Shown here: in pieces, positions 37,300 to 50,295 of the stretch
How the letters are laid out: every line of letters begins with the position of its first letter
Numbering within the stretch: the stretch's first letter is position 1
DNA from: Octopus bimaculoides
Taxonomy: Eukaryota
Reading direction: 5' to 3'
Assembly: GCF_001194135.2 (NCBI RefSeq)
Contig: NC_068983.1
Coordinates: forward strand, 159,354,303 to 159,418,302
DNA: 64,000 bases
Program-made: the position numbers and the translations under genes
The notes under the pieces: generated by a model
Database searches by the model: none
Told to the model about the DNA's origin: nothing
What the model saw: the letters and a program-made list of their open reading frames with translations, nothing else

Positions 37300-38220
37300 G
37301 ACTGTTTTCTCCTTTTCAAATTTCTGGCCGTATATTAGAGATTCGTGACTGCTCTAGAATATCCCATAGCACGAGTACCATGAAACATAAAAGAAGCGGC
37401 ATTTTAATGTTGCACATGCACGTGATTTCAAATCCTGACTGGCGTTAAACTTGGGTTATTGCAAGGAGAGGCTGCACTGGACGACCAACCTCTCTTGTCC
37501 CTGATTTTCTGAGCCGGTAGTGTGGTGGTCGAGACTTTAGTAGCATGTGAGGGACGCAGTGGGATGACCAGTGCGTTCTACGTGTCTCATCATGCTTTAA
37601 GAAACGTGTTCTCTAAGGTATCCGGATATCAACTCTTTACACTTCGTAACTTGACCATTTATGGAGACCTTCCAGTTGCTATCACAGTCGCCCAAACCAT
37701 AACTGACTGTAGATTTTGACGTAGATTTACGAGTTTACCCTCAATGGAGCCAGATACACTCCAAAATCGGTCATCCTGGTGGTTTGCCTTCTGTTCGATG
37801 TCAAATTTCTTTTAATCAGTGAACATCAGGTTGAGCAACGTGCCTTCAGCAATTTATAGGATCACGGGACTTCTCTCCAGTCTCGTGGCCCTATAAACTT
37901 ACTTGAGCTCATAACGGTAGCTCACTTTGTAGGGATGAGTCCTGAAGTCCTCCTTCATCATTTGATACATTGTTGCTCGGCTTATTTTTGCTGTGGCAAC
38001 TAGTTTTCTAACGGAATGACGAGGATTTCGTCGTATCTTTTCTCTGGTAGTTGTGATAATCTGAGAGGTCCGCACACTTCTTTTTTGGTCATGCCCAGTT
38101 CGATCAGCGGTGGAACCAGTCTCTTGAAATTTCTTGACAATTTTCCAGACTATTGTTCAGTTAACCTTAAGCTTTTTTGCTACAGCTGTATTACTTTCGC
38201 CTCCTTTATGGAGGGTTATG
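37300..38220 (-). mobile_element. Decayed Tc1/mariner-superfamily transposase, probably maT-like
   Basis: TIVWKIVKKFQETGSTADR...SVRT...REKIRRNP..SVRKL, HPYKV, LMFTD, SQLW, LWDILE motifs; many stops. Confidence 0.75.
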
Positions 38221-38775
38221 ATTGTATTTCGATCTATACATATTATCTAATTTACACATCTGAATTTATCTCGTCTGAAACAAAAAGAAGACGCACTAAG
38301 TTTTATAATGATGTATAATTTTCATATCTTATCACATTTATTGATAGTATTAAAGCCCGAAATTTCGCTTGCCTTAATTTCTGGATACTATATATAAATT
38401 ATTTAAAATAGTTTAANNNNNNNNNNNNNNNNNNNNNNNNNNNNNNNNNNNNNNNNNNNNNNNNNNNNNNNNNNNNNNNNNNNNNNNNNNNNNNNNNNNN
38501 NNNNNNNNNNNNNNNNNNNNNNNNNNNNNNNNNNNNNNNNNNNNNNNNNNNNNNNNNNNNNNNNNNNNNNNNNNNNNNNNNNNNNNNNNNNNNNNNNNNN
38601 NNNNNNNNNNNNNNNNNNNNNNNNNNNNNNNNNNNNNNNNNNNNNNNNNNNNNNNNNNNNNNNNNNNNNNNNNNNNNNNNNNNNNNNNNNNNNNNNNNNN
38701 NNNNNNNNNNNNNNNNNNNNNNNNNNNNNNNNNNNNNNNNNNNNNNNNNNNNNNNNNNNNNNNNNNNNNNNNNNN

Positions 38776-38815
<40 letters not shown>

Positions 38816-39052
38816 GCCGTTGTCTATTCTGAGATCGTCTGTCCTTTGATATTCTAGAGGCTATCCAATATCCGCCCACCTTACCAACCTGGCTTGGTGG
38901 GGCAGTCGGTTTGGTCACCTTCAACTCGGCCAAGAAATATGTTGTACTAGTCTATAAGTTACCCGTAGCGATTTGATATGTTGGTGGATGACAATCACTA
39001 GAGAGTCTGACAACATGGCTTACAGTTCTTGATACACCTTCTTACTTCCTTG

Positions 39053-39427
39053 TTGTTGTTGGCATTCCGTCGCTTACGACGTCGAGGGTTCCAGTTTATC
39101 CGATCAACGGAACAGCCTGCTCGTGAAATTAACGTGCAAGTGGCTGAGCACTCCACAGACACGTGTACCCTTAACGTAGTTCTCGGGAATATTCAGCGTG
39201 ACATAGTGTGACAAGGCTGACCCTTTGAATTACAGAAACAGGAAGTAAGAGTGAGAGAAAGTTGTGGTGGAAGAGTACAGCAGGGTTCGCCACCATCCCC
39301 TGTCGGAGCCTTGTGGAGCTGTAGGTGTTTTCGCTCAATAAACACTCACTCCCAGGTCTGGGAATCGAAACCGCGATCCTATAACCGCGAGTCCGCTGCC
39401 CTAACCACTGGGCCATTGCGCCTCCAC
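39053..39427 (-). mobile_element. SINE family 2, full length, 9 bp TSD
   Basis: Highly similar to 10732-11118; acttccttg at 39044-39052 and 39428-39436. Confidence 0.93.
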
Positions 39428-40397
39428 ACTTCCTTGAACATCATTGCTAAAATGATGTTAGGATAAGGTTGATAAAATAAGTACCTGTCAAGTAATGTTT
39501 CAGGTTAATCCTCTGGACTACATTCTTTCAAATTTTTAGTAATATGATCTATTTATGTTCGATAATAATTCTTTACGAGGTTTAAATCAGGGATGGAGAC
39601 AACTTTTTCCGAGATACAGGTTGTATGAGACATGGATCATCATCAGGCAGGTTTCATTACAAAAAATATTTGAGGTAATTTTTCGTTTAGTCGAGCCATT
39701 CAGAAAGCTGCATATTGTTTACTAAAATCAATCTTGTCGTTTATCCTTCCAGGAAGAACAAAATTGTGTACCAGTAATTCACTGAGATTTGTTTCAAGCG
39801 ACAACGTGTCTGTCGTACCACTTGTATCGTATCAACGACATCATTATTATTACATTGTGCAGTTAGGGAACCATTAATATATTTATTATTCTATATATGA
39901 CTCAGAAAATATTAGTATATGTGTAATCATAGAAAACAACGGTGATTTATTTTTACATAGATGTAACTAAATTATTGGCTTACAAGTGTAAAGTTTCATA
40001 CTACTATGAACAAAACACACTTGAAATAGAAATAGAATTTATGCAAAGAAAAGTATATATAATGAATCAATAAAAATCAATACAAACAAGAAAATGTAAC
40101 AAAATCAAAATGCATGTGGTCATAATCAGCTACATAGTGAATAACAAATTTAGAAGAGTAACTACTGTGCTATATCAAAGAAATTACAAAGCAGAGAAAA
40201 AGGAAATGTTAGTAGTAAGGAATTAATCAAAGCAGGAAAGGAAAATAACCCTCACAAATAGGATAACTACCTTTATTTTTTTCCCTAAACGCCAACAGTA
40301 TTGCTTGTGCAGTGTGTTAAGAAAAGGTAAGATTATGTTTTGGTTAGTGTTTGTTTTCCAAAACTTACGTAATGAAAATTATCTCAGACAACATCAC

Positions 40398-40700
40398 ACA
40401 GGCATTGCCATGTTATTAACAAGTTCGATTCACAATCACATGGTTTCCTGTTTGATCCGATTACGCAGCACCGTGGGAAAGCTTCGGGTCGATCCAAGTC
40501 ATGCGAGTGAAATTTGACCGGCTCCAAGTTTGCGGAAACCAATCGCAGCATACCTCTTTGTGAGTGGTACACATTATCCACCGCTCAATTTAAAATAACC
40601 ATCTGGTTAATGAACACCAATCCACGCATCCTCGATACTTTACTTTCTACTGCAACGCTACGTGAATGATAATTTATTTATGATCATCAGTTTCAGCGGC
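40398..40700 (+). mobile_element. Old SINE family 1-related copy
   Basis: aatcacatggtttcctgtttgatccgattacgcagcaccgtgggaaag is a diverged version of the family 1 head. Confidence 0.5.
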
Positions 40701-40882
40701 CTCCAATAGGCATCAACGCCGCGTTCTCTTCTTTCAATGAGCCCCTTCCCAAAATACACGACTGCTATTAACAAACAATTATCACTGAGATAGTTACATT
40801 ACGTAGTTGTATACTTTTCATTAATTACAATGACTTGTAAATCGAGCATTAACATACTGTCAATGACTTATGTTTCATGGCA

Positions 40883-40945
<63 letters not shown>

Positions 40946-42614
40946 NNNNNNNNNNNNNNNNNNNNNNNNNNNNNNNNNNNNNNNNNNNNNNNNNNNNNNN
41001 NNNNNNNNNNNNNNNNNNNNNNNNNNNNNNNNNNNNNNNNNNNNNNNNNNNNNNNNNNNNNNNNNNNNNNNNNNNNNNNNNNNNNNNNNNNNNNNNNNNN
41101 NNNNNNNNNNNNNNNNNNNNNNNNNNNNNNNNNNNNNNNNNNNNNNNNNNNNNNNNNNNNNNNNNNNNNNNNNNNNNNNNNNNNNNNNNNNNNNNNNNNN
41201 NNNNNNNNNNNNNNNNNNNNNNNNNNNNNNNNNNNNNNNNNNNNNNNNNNNNNNNNNNNNNNNNNNNNNNNNNNNNNNNNNNNNNNNNNNNNNNNNNNNN
41301 NNNNNNNNNNNNNNNNNNNNNNNNNNNNNNNNNNNNNNNNNNNNNNNNNNNNNNNNNNNNNNNNNNNNNNNNNNNNNNNNNNAAGAATTCTACGAGGTAT
41401 GGTACAATGCAAAATATCAAACGGAACCTCACCTCTTATATCTCATCTTTCTTCCTCATTTAACGCCTATGTGATATAATTCTTGAGAGAGAATACATTT
41501 GCGGCTGAAGATAGCTTTATATTGTCAATTATACACTGATGTAACAACTATAAAGCTTGAAACACGTGTACCGCAGAATCCTTTGTGTTTTTGTTTTTAT
41601 TTTTGCATTTACAATTTATTCATTCACCTCAACCACAAGCTGGCATACACTGGTGCTTACAATTGTGTGTGTGTGTGTGTGTGTGTGTGTTTGTCATATC
41701 CTCGTTGTCTTCCATTTGCCTGTGGAGCTTTTGAACTCCACAAGATAACGAATCATACGCCAGTTATAGTTCTCACTGCTTACATCAGCGGAAACAAGCA
41801 TGGCTGAATGGTTAAGACGTTTTCTTCGCAATCCTGAAGCTCTTGTTTCACACCTGCTGTATGGCCTCTTTGGAAAGTGCTTTTATCAAAGGCATGCACT
41901 GTATAATGCTGACTCTTCCTGAGATTCTCAGTCATATTTTAATTTAACGACTGATTCAACCGCAAGCTGTTCATCACGAAAAAGGACGGATGTCCTATCA
42001 TATGAACGAACTCCGCATGCTATTAATTACTAACCGAGTAGGTTATAGAAACTCATTACTTTTTAAGATAATCCATGATTATTATATTGTATAAAAATAT
42101 GATTATCATAATATATCATAATTGTTCTTAACTAATATGAAGATAAATCATTACTTCTGAATATTGTCTCAAAAAGACGCTGAAGTTATAATTTAGCGAA
42201 GGAAAAAATCTCAAGAAATATTCTGCATATTAAATACGGGAAAGGAAGACTCTTACATTCTTATTTCTTTTACTTGTTCCGGTTATTGGATTGCGACCAT
42301 GCTATAGCACTTCTTTGAATTATCAAATGGTTTAACCAATTAAATTTACCCACTGTACTTATTTCTAAAAATCTTATATATATTTTATGCATCTTTTTGT
42401 CTATCCACCAAGATACACAGATGTAACGAAACAGCAGTTTCTAGAGCATGAAACATAAATATAAAGACACGCACATACGGATATACACATACACTCAAGC
42501 ACGTATACAGACAGACACAGACAGACACAGACGCGCTGTTTCTGTCTCCGAAATTCACTCACATTCCATCTGTCAGCCGGGGACTATAAAAGACACTCGA
42601 TTGAAGTGCTTTTC

Positions 42615-42904
42615 AAGCATGGTACTTATTCTATTAGTCGTTTTGGGCGAACCGCTACGTTACGGGAACGTAAACAAGCTAACACCAGTTGTCAAGCGGT
42701 GGTGGGGGACAAACACATATATAAAGACACAGACGCATACCTACCTACCTACCTACCTACCTACCTACCTACCTAACTACCTACCTATATACATACATAC
42801 ATACATACATACATACATACATACATGCAAACACGTACACGCACGCACACACACACATACACACAAACACACGCACACGAACACACCCGTCTATCTATCT
42901 ATCC

Positions 42905-42953
<49 letters not shown>

Positions 42954-43108
42954 CGATGGGCTTCTTTCCGTTTTCGTCAACCAAATCTATTCACATTGCT
43001 GTGGTTGACTCCGGGCCATAGTACAAGACACTCACCCAAGATGACATGTAGTGGGATTGAATCCGGAACTATGTGATTGGGAAGCAAGCATCTTACCACA
43101 AAGCCACA
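42615..43108 (-). mobile_element. SINE family 1 copy with expanded compound microsatellite
   Basis: Head at ~43050-43108, (TACC)/(TACA)/(CA)/(TCTA) tracts internally, family 3' half to the left. Confidence 0.8.
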
Positions 43109-43119
43109 TCTACATTGAA

Positions 43120-43320
43120 ATTAACAACCGTTGTTAGTTTGTTTACATCTCCGTAACTTAAGAATTCGGCAAAAGAGCTGACAATAAATACCAGGCTTAA
43201 ATTAAAATGAGTTCTGTCGTCAATTTGTTCGACTAAAAACTTTCAAGTGGTGAGTTCACCATAGTTGCAATCCAGTGACTGAAACAAGCAAAGCGTAAAA
43301 AATAAAGATAAAGATACAAG
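43120..43320 (+). mobile_element. SINE family 1, 3' half
   Basis: ccgtaacttaagaattcggcaaaag...ttgttcgactaaaa...gactgaaacaagcaaag. Confidence 0.7.
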
Positions 43321-43458
43321 CCAAACTACAATCCGTTTATTTTATTGGAAATTTATTAGAGATCTACTATATTTGGATATATATTTAGATCAATGACAGG
43401 GTGATCGTTTTACGGCTTCTATTTACTTTTAAGGTTTATTAACTAGAAATTTTGATCT

Positions 43459-43654
43459 CAAGCGTGGCTGTATGGGAAGAAGCTTGCTTCCCAACCACAA
43501 GGTTCCGGGTTCAGTCCCACTGCGTTGCACCTTGAGCAAATATCTTTTATAACCTCAGGCCTACCAAAGTCTTGTGAATGGATGAGTGGATTTGCTAGAT
43601 GGAAATTGAAAGAAGTTCGTCATATATATATATATATATATATANNNNNNNNNN

Positions 43655-43692
<38 letters not shown>

Positions 43693-43900
43693 CACAACTG
43701 CTTGACTAGTGCTAGTTTGTTTACGTCCCGGTAACTTAACTGTTCGGCAAAAAAGGCAATAGTATAAGTCTCAGGTAAAAAAAAAACAGGTAAAAAAAAG
43801 TACTGGGGTCAATTCATTCGACTAAAAGTTCTCCAAGGCGGTGCCCCAGCATGGCCGTAGTCTAATGATTGAAATAAGTACAAGGTAAAGGATAAAAGAT
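43459..43900 (+). mobile_element. SINE family 1, full length
   Basis: caagcgtggctgtatgggaagaagcttgcttcccaaccacaaggttccgggttcagtccc head through the taaaggataaaagat tail. Confidence 0.88.
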
Positions 43901-44215
43901 ACTGAAAATATGTTTGAGGAATTCAGCATTGTACTAAGATGGAAATAAGCCAAGTTAAATTTCTCTTGCTATGGCATGAATGGTGCCCTTTAAAAGGATA
44001 ACTATGATTTCCAAATAACGATGATTAATTTTAAATACACTTGATTTAAAAGACAGAGACTAGGACGGAGAAAATCGTTAATTTGGAATTTTATTTCTGG
44101 AGATATGTCTCGTTTTCTCCAAAGACTTCCCATCAATCTTAAACCCTGCTCAGGTCAGTGCCAAATACTATTATACCAAGCTTTATCTTTTTTATTTCAC
44201 ATTTAATTCTTTCAG

Positions 44216-44272
44216 ATACCCAGAATTTACCATGAGCTCTTTGTGTTTGTTTCTACGCGTGTATCTACTTAA
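44216..44272 (+). CDS. Candidate 57 nt exon (YPEFTMSSLCLFLRVYLL; contains ACCATGA at 44229-44235)
   Basis: Long pyrimidine tract ending tctttcag| and donor aa|gtaggt; one frame open throughout. Confidence 0.35.
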   Translation: MPRIYHELFVFVSTRVST

Positions 44273-44399
44273 GTAGGTTTCGAGCAAGTGTTTGTATTTG
44301 TAAATTTATCCGAAAGTATCTTAGAACATATGTTTTCCCAATTCGAGTATTTATTTATATGCTTGTTTCCGATCGGGTCCCTGTTACCGTAGAAGTTAC

Positions 44400-44473
<74 letters not shown>

Positions 44474-45288
44474 GTCTGTCTGTCTGGTTGTCTGTCTGTC
44501 TAGTTATCTAGATATATCGCTGAGTGTGTGTATAGTGTCACTGTCAAACATTTCCTTGTGCAAATAAACATCGATCACTCAATACTTCAGAGAGTATTAT
44601 ATTTATGTATGTATATATGTATGTATACATGCATGCATACAGGTATGTATGTATAAACATACGCATACGCACACACATACACNNNNNNNNNNNNNNNNNN
44701 NNNNNNNNNNNNNNNNNNNNNNNNNNNNNNNNNNNNNNNNNNNNNNNNNNNNNNNNNNNNNNNNNNNNNNNNNNNNNNNNNNNNNNNNNNNNNNNNNNNN
44801 NNNNNNNNNNNNNNNNNNNNNNNNNNNNNNNNNNNNNNNNNNNNNNNNNNNNNNNNNNNNNNNNNNNNNNNNNNNNNNNNNNNNNNNNNNNNNNNNNNNN
44901 NNNNNNNNNNNNNNNNNNNNNNNNNNNNNNNNNNNNNNNNNNNNNNNNNNNNNNNNNNNNNNNNNNNNNNNNNNNNNNNNNNNNNNNNNNNNNNNNNNNN
45001 NNNNNNNNNNNNNNNNNNNNNNNNNNNNNNNNNNNNNNNNNNNNNNNNNNNNNNNNNNNNNNNNNNNNNNNNNNNNNNNNNNNNNNNNNNNNNNNNNNNN
45101 NNNNNNNNNNNNNNNNNNNNNNNNNNNNNNNNNNNNNNNNNNNNNNNNNNNNNNNNNNNNNNNNNNNNNNNNNNNNNNNNNNNNNNNNNNNNNNNNNNNN
45201 NNNNNNNNNNNNNNNNNNNNNNNNNNNNNNNNNNNNNNNNNNNNNNNNNNNNNNNNNNNNNNNNNNNNNNNNNNNNNNNNNNNNNNNA

Positions 45289-45425
45289 TAACAGGCTTCT
45301 TTCAGCTTCCCTCTACCAAATCCACTCTCAAGGCTTTGGTCGGCCCGAGGCTATAGAAGAAGACACTTGCCCAAGGTGCCACGCAGTGGGACTGAACCAG
45401 GGACCATGTGGTTGGTAAGCTAGCT
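45289..45425 (-). mobile_element. SINE family 1, 5' half
   Basis: caaggctttggtcggcccgaggctatagaagaagacacttgcccaaggtgccacgcagtgggactgaacc. Confidence 0.85.
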
Positions 45426-45830
45426 GTACCGGCACGCTAACATAGTAGTCAATTTTTTAAAAATTTGCTGCAGCATTAAAACCGGTAATTGCATACATTA
45501 GTTGAAATGAACAAACTCTTCAACTCTCCGGTCAGTAAGACTCGATGAAGAGAATATTTCTCAAACTTCGAAATCACGGTGATATGGGTATGTTTGACCG
45601 TTTTAATTTTCGATTATTTTCGTCTCATTGGTACGGGGTCTTGGGGTTTTTGCTCATTTTCCCGATTTCACCTTTGTGTTTAAATGAAAACTTGTGGTTT
45701 GGTCAATTTTGACTGCTATGTTAGCGTGTGGGTACTGCCTGTTAGTACCATTATCTATTAATTGATAATTTTAACCTTTATGTTTTTTCCTTATGCTAAG
45801 GCACTGATATTATAAGCAATAATATGCTCA

Positions 45831-45874
<44 letters not shown>

Positions 45875-45877
<3 letters not shown>

Positions 45878-47000
45878 AAAAATTTTCTCTTTGCTGGAAT
45901 GTGAATTCCGAGACTTCAGTTAGGTGTGGGCATGTACCACAATTAGGTCGTCTGCATTTTTAACTGTTGGTATCGTATGTATTGAGTATAGTTTTGCATT
46001 TGTTAGGAGTTTCTAAAGTGATTTGTGTTGTCTTTTGCATTTGAGGAGTTTATGCGTATTTTAGGTGTTGTTCAGTTTCGTGTTTTGAGTGAGCAGAAGG
46101 CGATTTTGTATAATTGTGTTGTATGCTTTATTGTTTCTGAGGTTGTGGGTTGATATGTATGGGAGTGATTTAAAGTGAAGTGTGGTATTTTGTTTGTTCT
46201 TCTTAGTGTGTCTGTGTCCAATTTCTTGTCATGTTTAATTCCATGGTCTATAAGTGTGGGCAGGTATTGACGTTCAATAAGTGTTATTTTGAGGTCTTCT
46301 AGGCAAAGTTCCCGAGTGTTTGTGTCAGATACAATTGTACAGATCCTTATTGCTAGATTGAATGGGATATTTATTTTGGTGTGCTTAGAATGGCATGAAC
46401 TGAAAAGGAGATACTGTTTTGAGTCTGTTGGTTTGTAGTAGATGTCAGTTGCAATTTGGTTGATGGATTTTATAATCAAAATGTCCAGAAATGGGAGTTG
46501 TTCCTTGCTATATTCCATTGTAATTTGAATATTATATTTTATATTGTTCAGTGAGGATTTGAAATCCAGAGGTTTATCATAGGTTTTATTCCAGAGGATA
46601 AAACAATCGTCTAGATACCTTTTCCAGTTTTCTTATATACTGGTGGAATGGGGGTTCAAATTTTTGGAGCGAAAGTTCATATTCAAAGATTCGAAGAAAC
46701 CCACTATTAGGTTCACAAGGACAGGTGCTGCTTATGTTCCCATCGCAATACCGCATTTTTGGCGGTAGTATGTTGCATCGAATAGGAAGTAATTGTTTTG
46801 TAGGATGAATTTCAGGGATTCAATGACGAAAGTCTGGTTTATGCCGCCCGGGAGAACTTCGGGGTATTTTTCTAACCAGAATTTTATTGCCTCTATTCCG
46901 TAGTGATGTGAAATGTTAATGTAGAAGCTGATGACATCGAAGGAGACTAATAGTGCTTCTTCGTTGGTGAATTTTGGTAGATGCTCCAGCATGTCAAGAT
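45875..47000 (-). mobile_element. Neptune-type PLE RT fragment (decayed)
   Basis: LLVSFDVISFYINISH, YYRQKCGIAMGT, LPFLDILI, DIYYKPTDSKQYL..SSCH..HTK.NIP, followed by Cys-rich linker CRRPNCGTCP. Confidence 0.82.
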
Positions 47001-47359
47001 CAGATCGTGTCTATGTATGTGTGTGTGCGTGTACATGTATATATAATATATATATATANNNNNNNNNNNNNNNNNNNNNNNNNNNNNNNNNNNNNNNNNN
47101 NNNNNNNNNNNNNNNNNNNNNNNNNNNNNNNNNNNNNNNNNNNNNNNNNNNNNNNNNNNNNNNNNNNNNNNNNNNNNNNNNNNNNNNNNNNNNNNNNNNN
47201 NNNNNNNNNNNNNNNNNNNNNNNNNNNTATAAATATATATATATATATATATATATACGTTTATTAAGGCTTCAAAACTATCACAAAACTCTGAGTGATA
47301 TCGACATCATATTAACTGTCAGAAAAACTGTAATTCACAAACAGGACCAGGACTATTAC

Positions 47360-48760
47360 ACAGGGTTTTGATATAACAATGGGTTCATCGTACTCTGCAC
47401 AAATTACCGATCTGGTGGGCCTTTTTGTTTTTTTTATTAAATCGAACTTCCCGAAATAGCGGGCGGATTATACCGAGATGACGCTCTTTTCACTACTACT
47501 GCATTAGCCAAGTCATCAGGCGAAAGCACCGAGAAAAGGATACTAAAATTTCTAAAAATACCATAACTTAGACATTTTGTTTGAAATTGACACCAAAATA
47601 GCCAACGTTATCGATGTTACGCTGAAATTAAATATAGAGTCATACCAACCATATCCTAAGCCGAATCAAGTACTACTGAACATCGATGTTCTCTCCAATC
47701 ATCCTATAAGCACCATAAAAAGTATTGTAACCAGAATTTCAATAAGAATCTCGAATTTATCTGTTAACGAGACAATATTTAACAACCATGCTTTACATTA
47801 CAACCAAGCATTACAACTAAGTGGTTTCCAGGAAAATATATTATATAATACTATACTAAAAACAAAAATAGCAAACATATCATCCGAAAAGAATGCTAAA
47901 CCTATCAAATCTGCCTCTACTAAAAATCAATTAAATGCTTTGTAACCTCAATTACAAACAAGACCACACCGGCTATATTGAAAATCTACATTAAATTCGC
48001 ATGGCAACCCAAATTAAAACATAACAATGATGAACAATGTATCTGAATCGAGAAAACGTGAAATCATTTGGTACTCCCTGCCACATTCCCTTCAAATGAA
48101 ATCGTTACCGAAACTTTTCTTTGAAATTTTAAAACAAACTTTCCGAAACGCCATAAATACTATTCGATATTCAATAAATCCTCTGTAAAACTTTGTTTCT
48201 GTACAACTCCTAATTTAGATCGATAATATCCTCTATTAAAAAATCAAAAATTAGTGCACAAACCTGTAAATCTAATGCGTCAGATAAATACAAAAATCTT
48301 GGTCAAATTTCCAACCATAAAACACATTCAACTTTTAGCTCCAATAAGACTTCAAATCTGAAACTGATTCTCATAATTTAAATAATATTATCGTCCAACA
48401 AACTAATATCTCGGCTCCAAATTTACCTAAATTAAAAATGAAACAGCACAAAAGTAAAACAAAGGATGCAATTGTCGCGTAAATGATTCCTGTCCACTTA
48501 CGGGATATTGTGCACGACATAATGTGCACACCAGATGCACAACCGAATATATATACATATATCGGTAGTACCATTTATCTTAAGCGTCGATATCGAACTT
48601 ATATTAATTCTTTTAATAATGCTAAATATAAAACGGCTTCCATGCTTGCTAAGTATATTCACTAGCTCAAATCAGAAAACAGAAAGTGTACACTAAAATA
48701 GTCCATTGAATCTGAAGCCCCTTCATATAACATTAACTTAAGGAAACTTAAGGAAGTATA
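47360..48760 (+). mobile_element. Naiad-like PLE (RT C-terminal half, Cys linker, GIY-YIG), heavily decayed
   Basis: FDITMGS, GLYRDD, DVTLKLN..YQPYPKPN...SNHP, CNCRVNDSCPLTGYC, YIGST...RY...SF......MLAKYI. Confidence 0.75.
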
Positions 48761-48789
48761 TATAAGGAAAGTGCTTATCTGTCCCTGCC

Positions 48790-49210
48790 AGAATTCAACT
48801 CCACATGACCTTATCTTCAATTCAGACGGGTATATAAAGCTGCTAGAGCTTTTGGTCAATCCCTGGTTAGAGAGAGAGTTACTGCTGGAAGGCTATATGC
48901 GTGTGCCAGCAGGTTGCGGCCCCTTGCCCTACCTCCAGAAAGTGTCAAAAATAGTTGTCGGAGAATTTCTACGACTTCACCAGCTCCAATTTCTAGTCTT
49001 CTAACTCCTTCGATTATAATGCCTTGGATAACTATTACAGGCGCAGTTAGGAAAAACACCAACCGTTCTGCCTGCAAACTCAATGCTTAGCTGTTGGCCA
49101 AAATCAATTAGGTGTTCGAAGATCTTCGCAAAAACACAGTGAAGGGCGCATGTGTCAGGTTCCAGAGCCGTGTTGAGGCCGTCGTAGAAGCTGGGGCGAC
49201 TACTTCGAGT
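48790..49210 (+). mobile_element. maT/DD37D-type transposase C-terminal remnant
   Basis: QQ(V)AAPCPTSRKCQK*LSENFYDFTSSNF*SSNSFDYNALD: 37 residues between the decayed second Asp position and the third Asp; ends RFQSRVEAVVEA. Confidence 0.75.
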
Positions 49211-49454
49211 ATCTTTCAAACATAATCTAGTTCATATTCTTTATTTTTGGATGGAATATTGTTTTTTATTTTCCTTTTATGCAAACTCGTTTTTAGCTCG
49301 AATACTTATACACATACATACATACATACATACATGCATGCATACATACATACATGCATACATACATACATACATACATACATACATGCATACATACATA
49401 CATACATACACATCCATACACACACACTCACGCGCGCACACACATACACACACA

Positions 49455-50295
49455 TACATGTGGTCTGATCAATAAGTATCGGGACTGCTGCCATCGTAAC
49501 GAAGCTAGTGTACGGAGAGTAAAGCCGCTTGGCATGCACACTCAGTTTTAACGTTCTAGCTCCATTTCACTGTTTACAGCAGCGCTTGGAAAGAACGTGT
49601 GTAACTTGTGATTGTGGCATTGACAATGACAGAGAAGGTGGAGCAGAGAATCTGCGTTAAATTTTGTCAAAAGCTTGGCGATACCTGCGCAGAGGCACAC
49701 GCAAAGTTTTCAAAAACATTTTCATCGTTCTCGACACAATCAGAGATTTTGTGCAACTGAAACACAAATGTCTATTTTGTCAGCTGAAAGCAGTTTTGAC
49801 ACTAACTTCGCAGACACGCGCCTCGTACCCAAATCTTCAGTGATAATGGACTGAACTGAACCGTAACTAATTTGCACATCCTCTGGTAACACACGGATGG
49901 TGATTTGACGATTTTCCCCCACAGTTGCACGCACATGTGCGATGTTTTTCTCAGTTCTGCCGGTTGCGGTTCTCCCAGAACATCCGTCAATATCGACATT
50001 TTTCGGCCATCTTGGAAACGTCTGAACCACTCGTACAATTGTGTGCGGCTCATACACCTCTCTCCATACACGTTCTGAAACTCTGCGCAGGCTTCTGAGC
50101 AGGTATCACAGTGTCACCTTTCTCTGCCATGGTCAATGCGACGATCATATGCTACACACCTTCCTTCCAAGTACTACTATAAACAGCGGAAGTGAGTTAG
50201 AAGGCTAAAACTTTGTGCACATGCACAGCTGAGTTCAAGTTCAATCTGTGCAAGGGGCTCCACTCTGCATGCCTTAGCTTCGTTACTATGTCAAC
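49455..50295. mobile_element. Two related mariner 5' ends joined in convergent orientation (+ 49455-49707, - 49707-50295)
   Basis: TA then terminal catgtggtctgatcaataagtatc and ATG MTEKVEQRICVKFCQKLG on plus; minus copy carries YGERCMSRTQLYEWFRRF...RRVSAKLVSKLL and the shared sub-terminal catagtaacgaagcta. Confidence 0.85.

Noticed and set aside
48460-48520. Selenocysteine-coding Naiad element
   Set aside because: The Cys-linker positions (CNCR...CP...C) are ordinary TGY codons, the copy is full of stops, and the 3' end is replaced by a maT fragment, so no SECIS can be supported.
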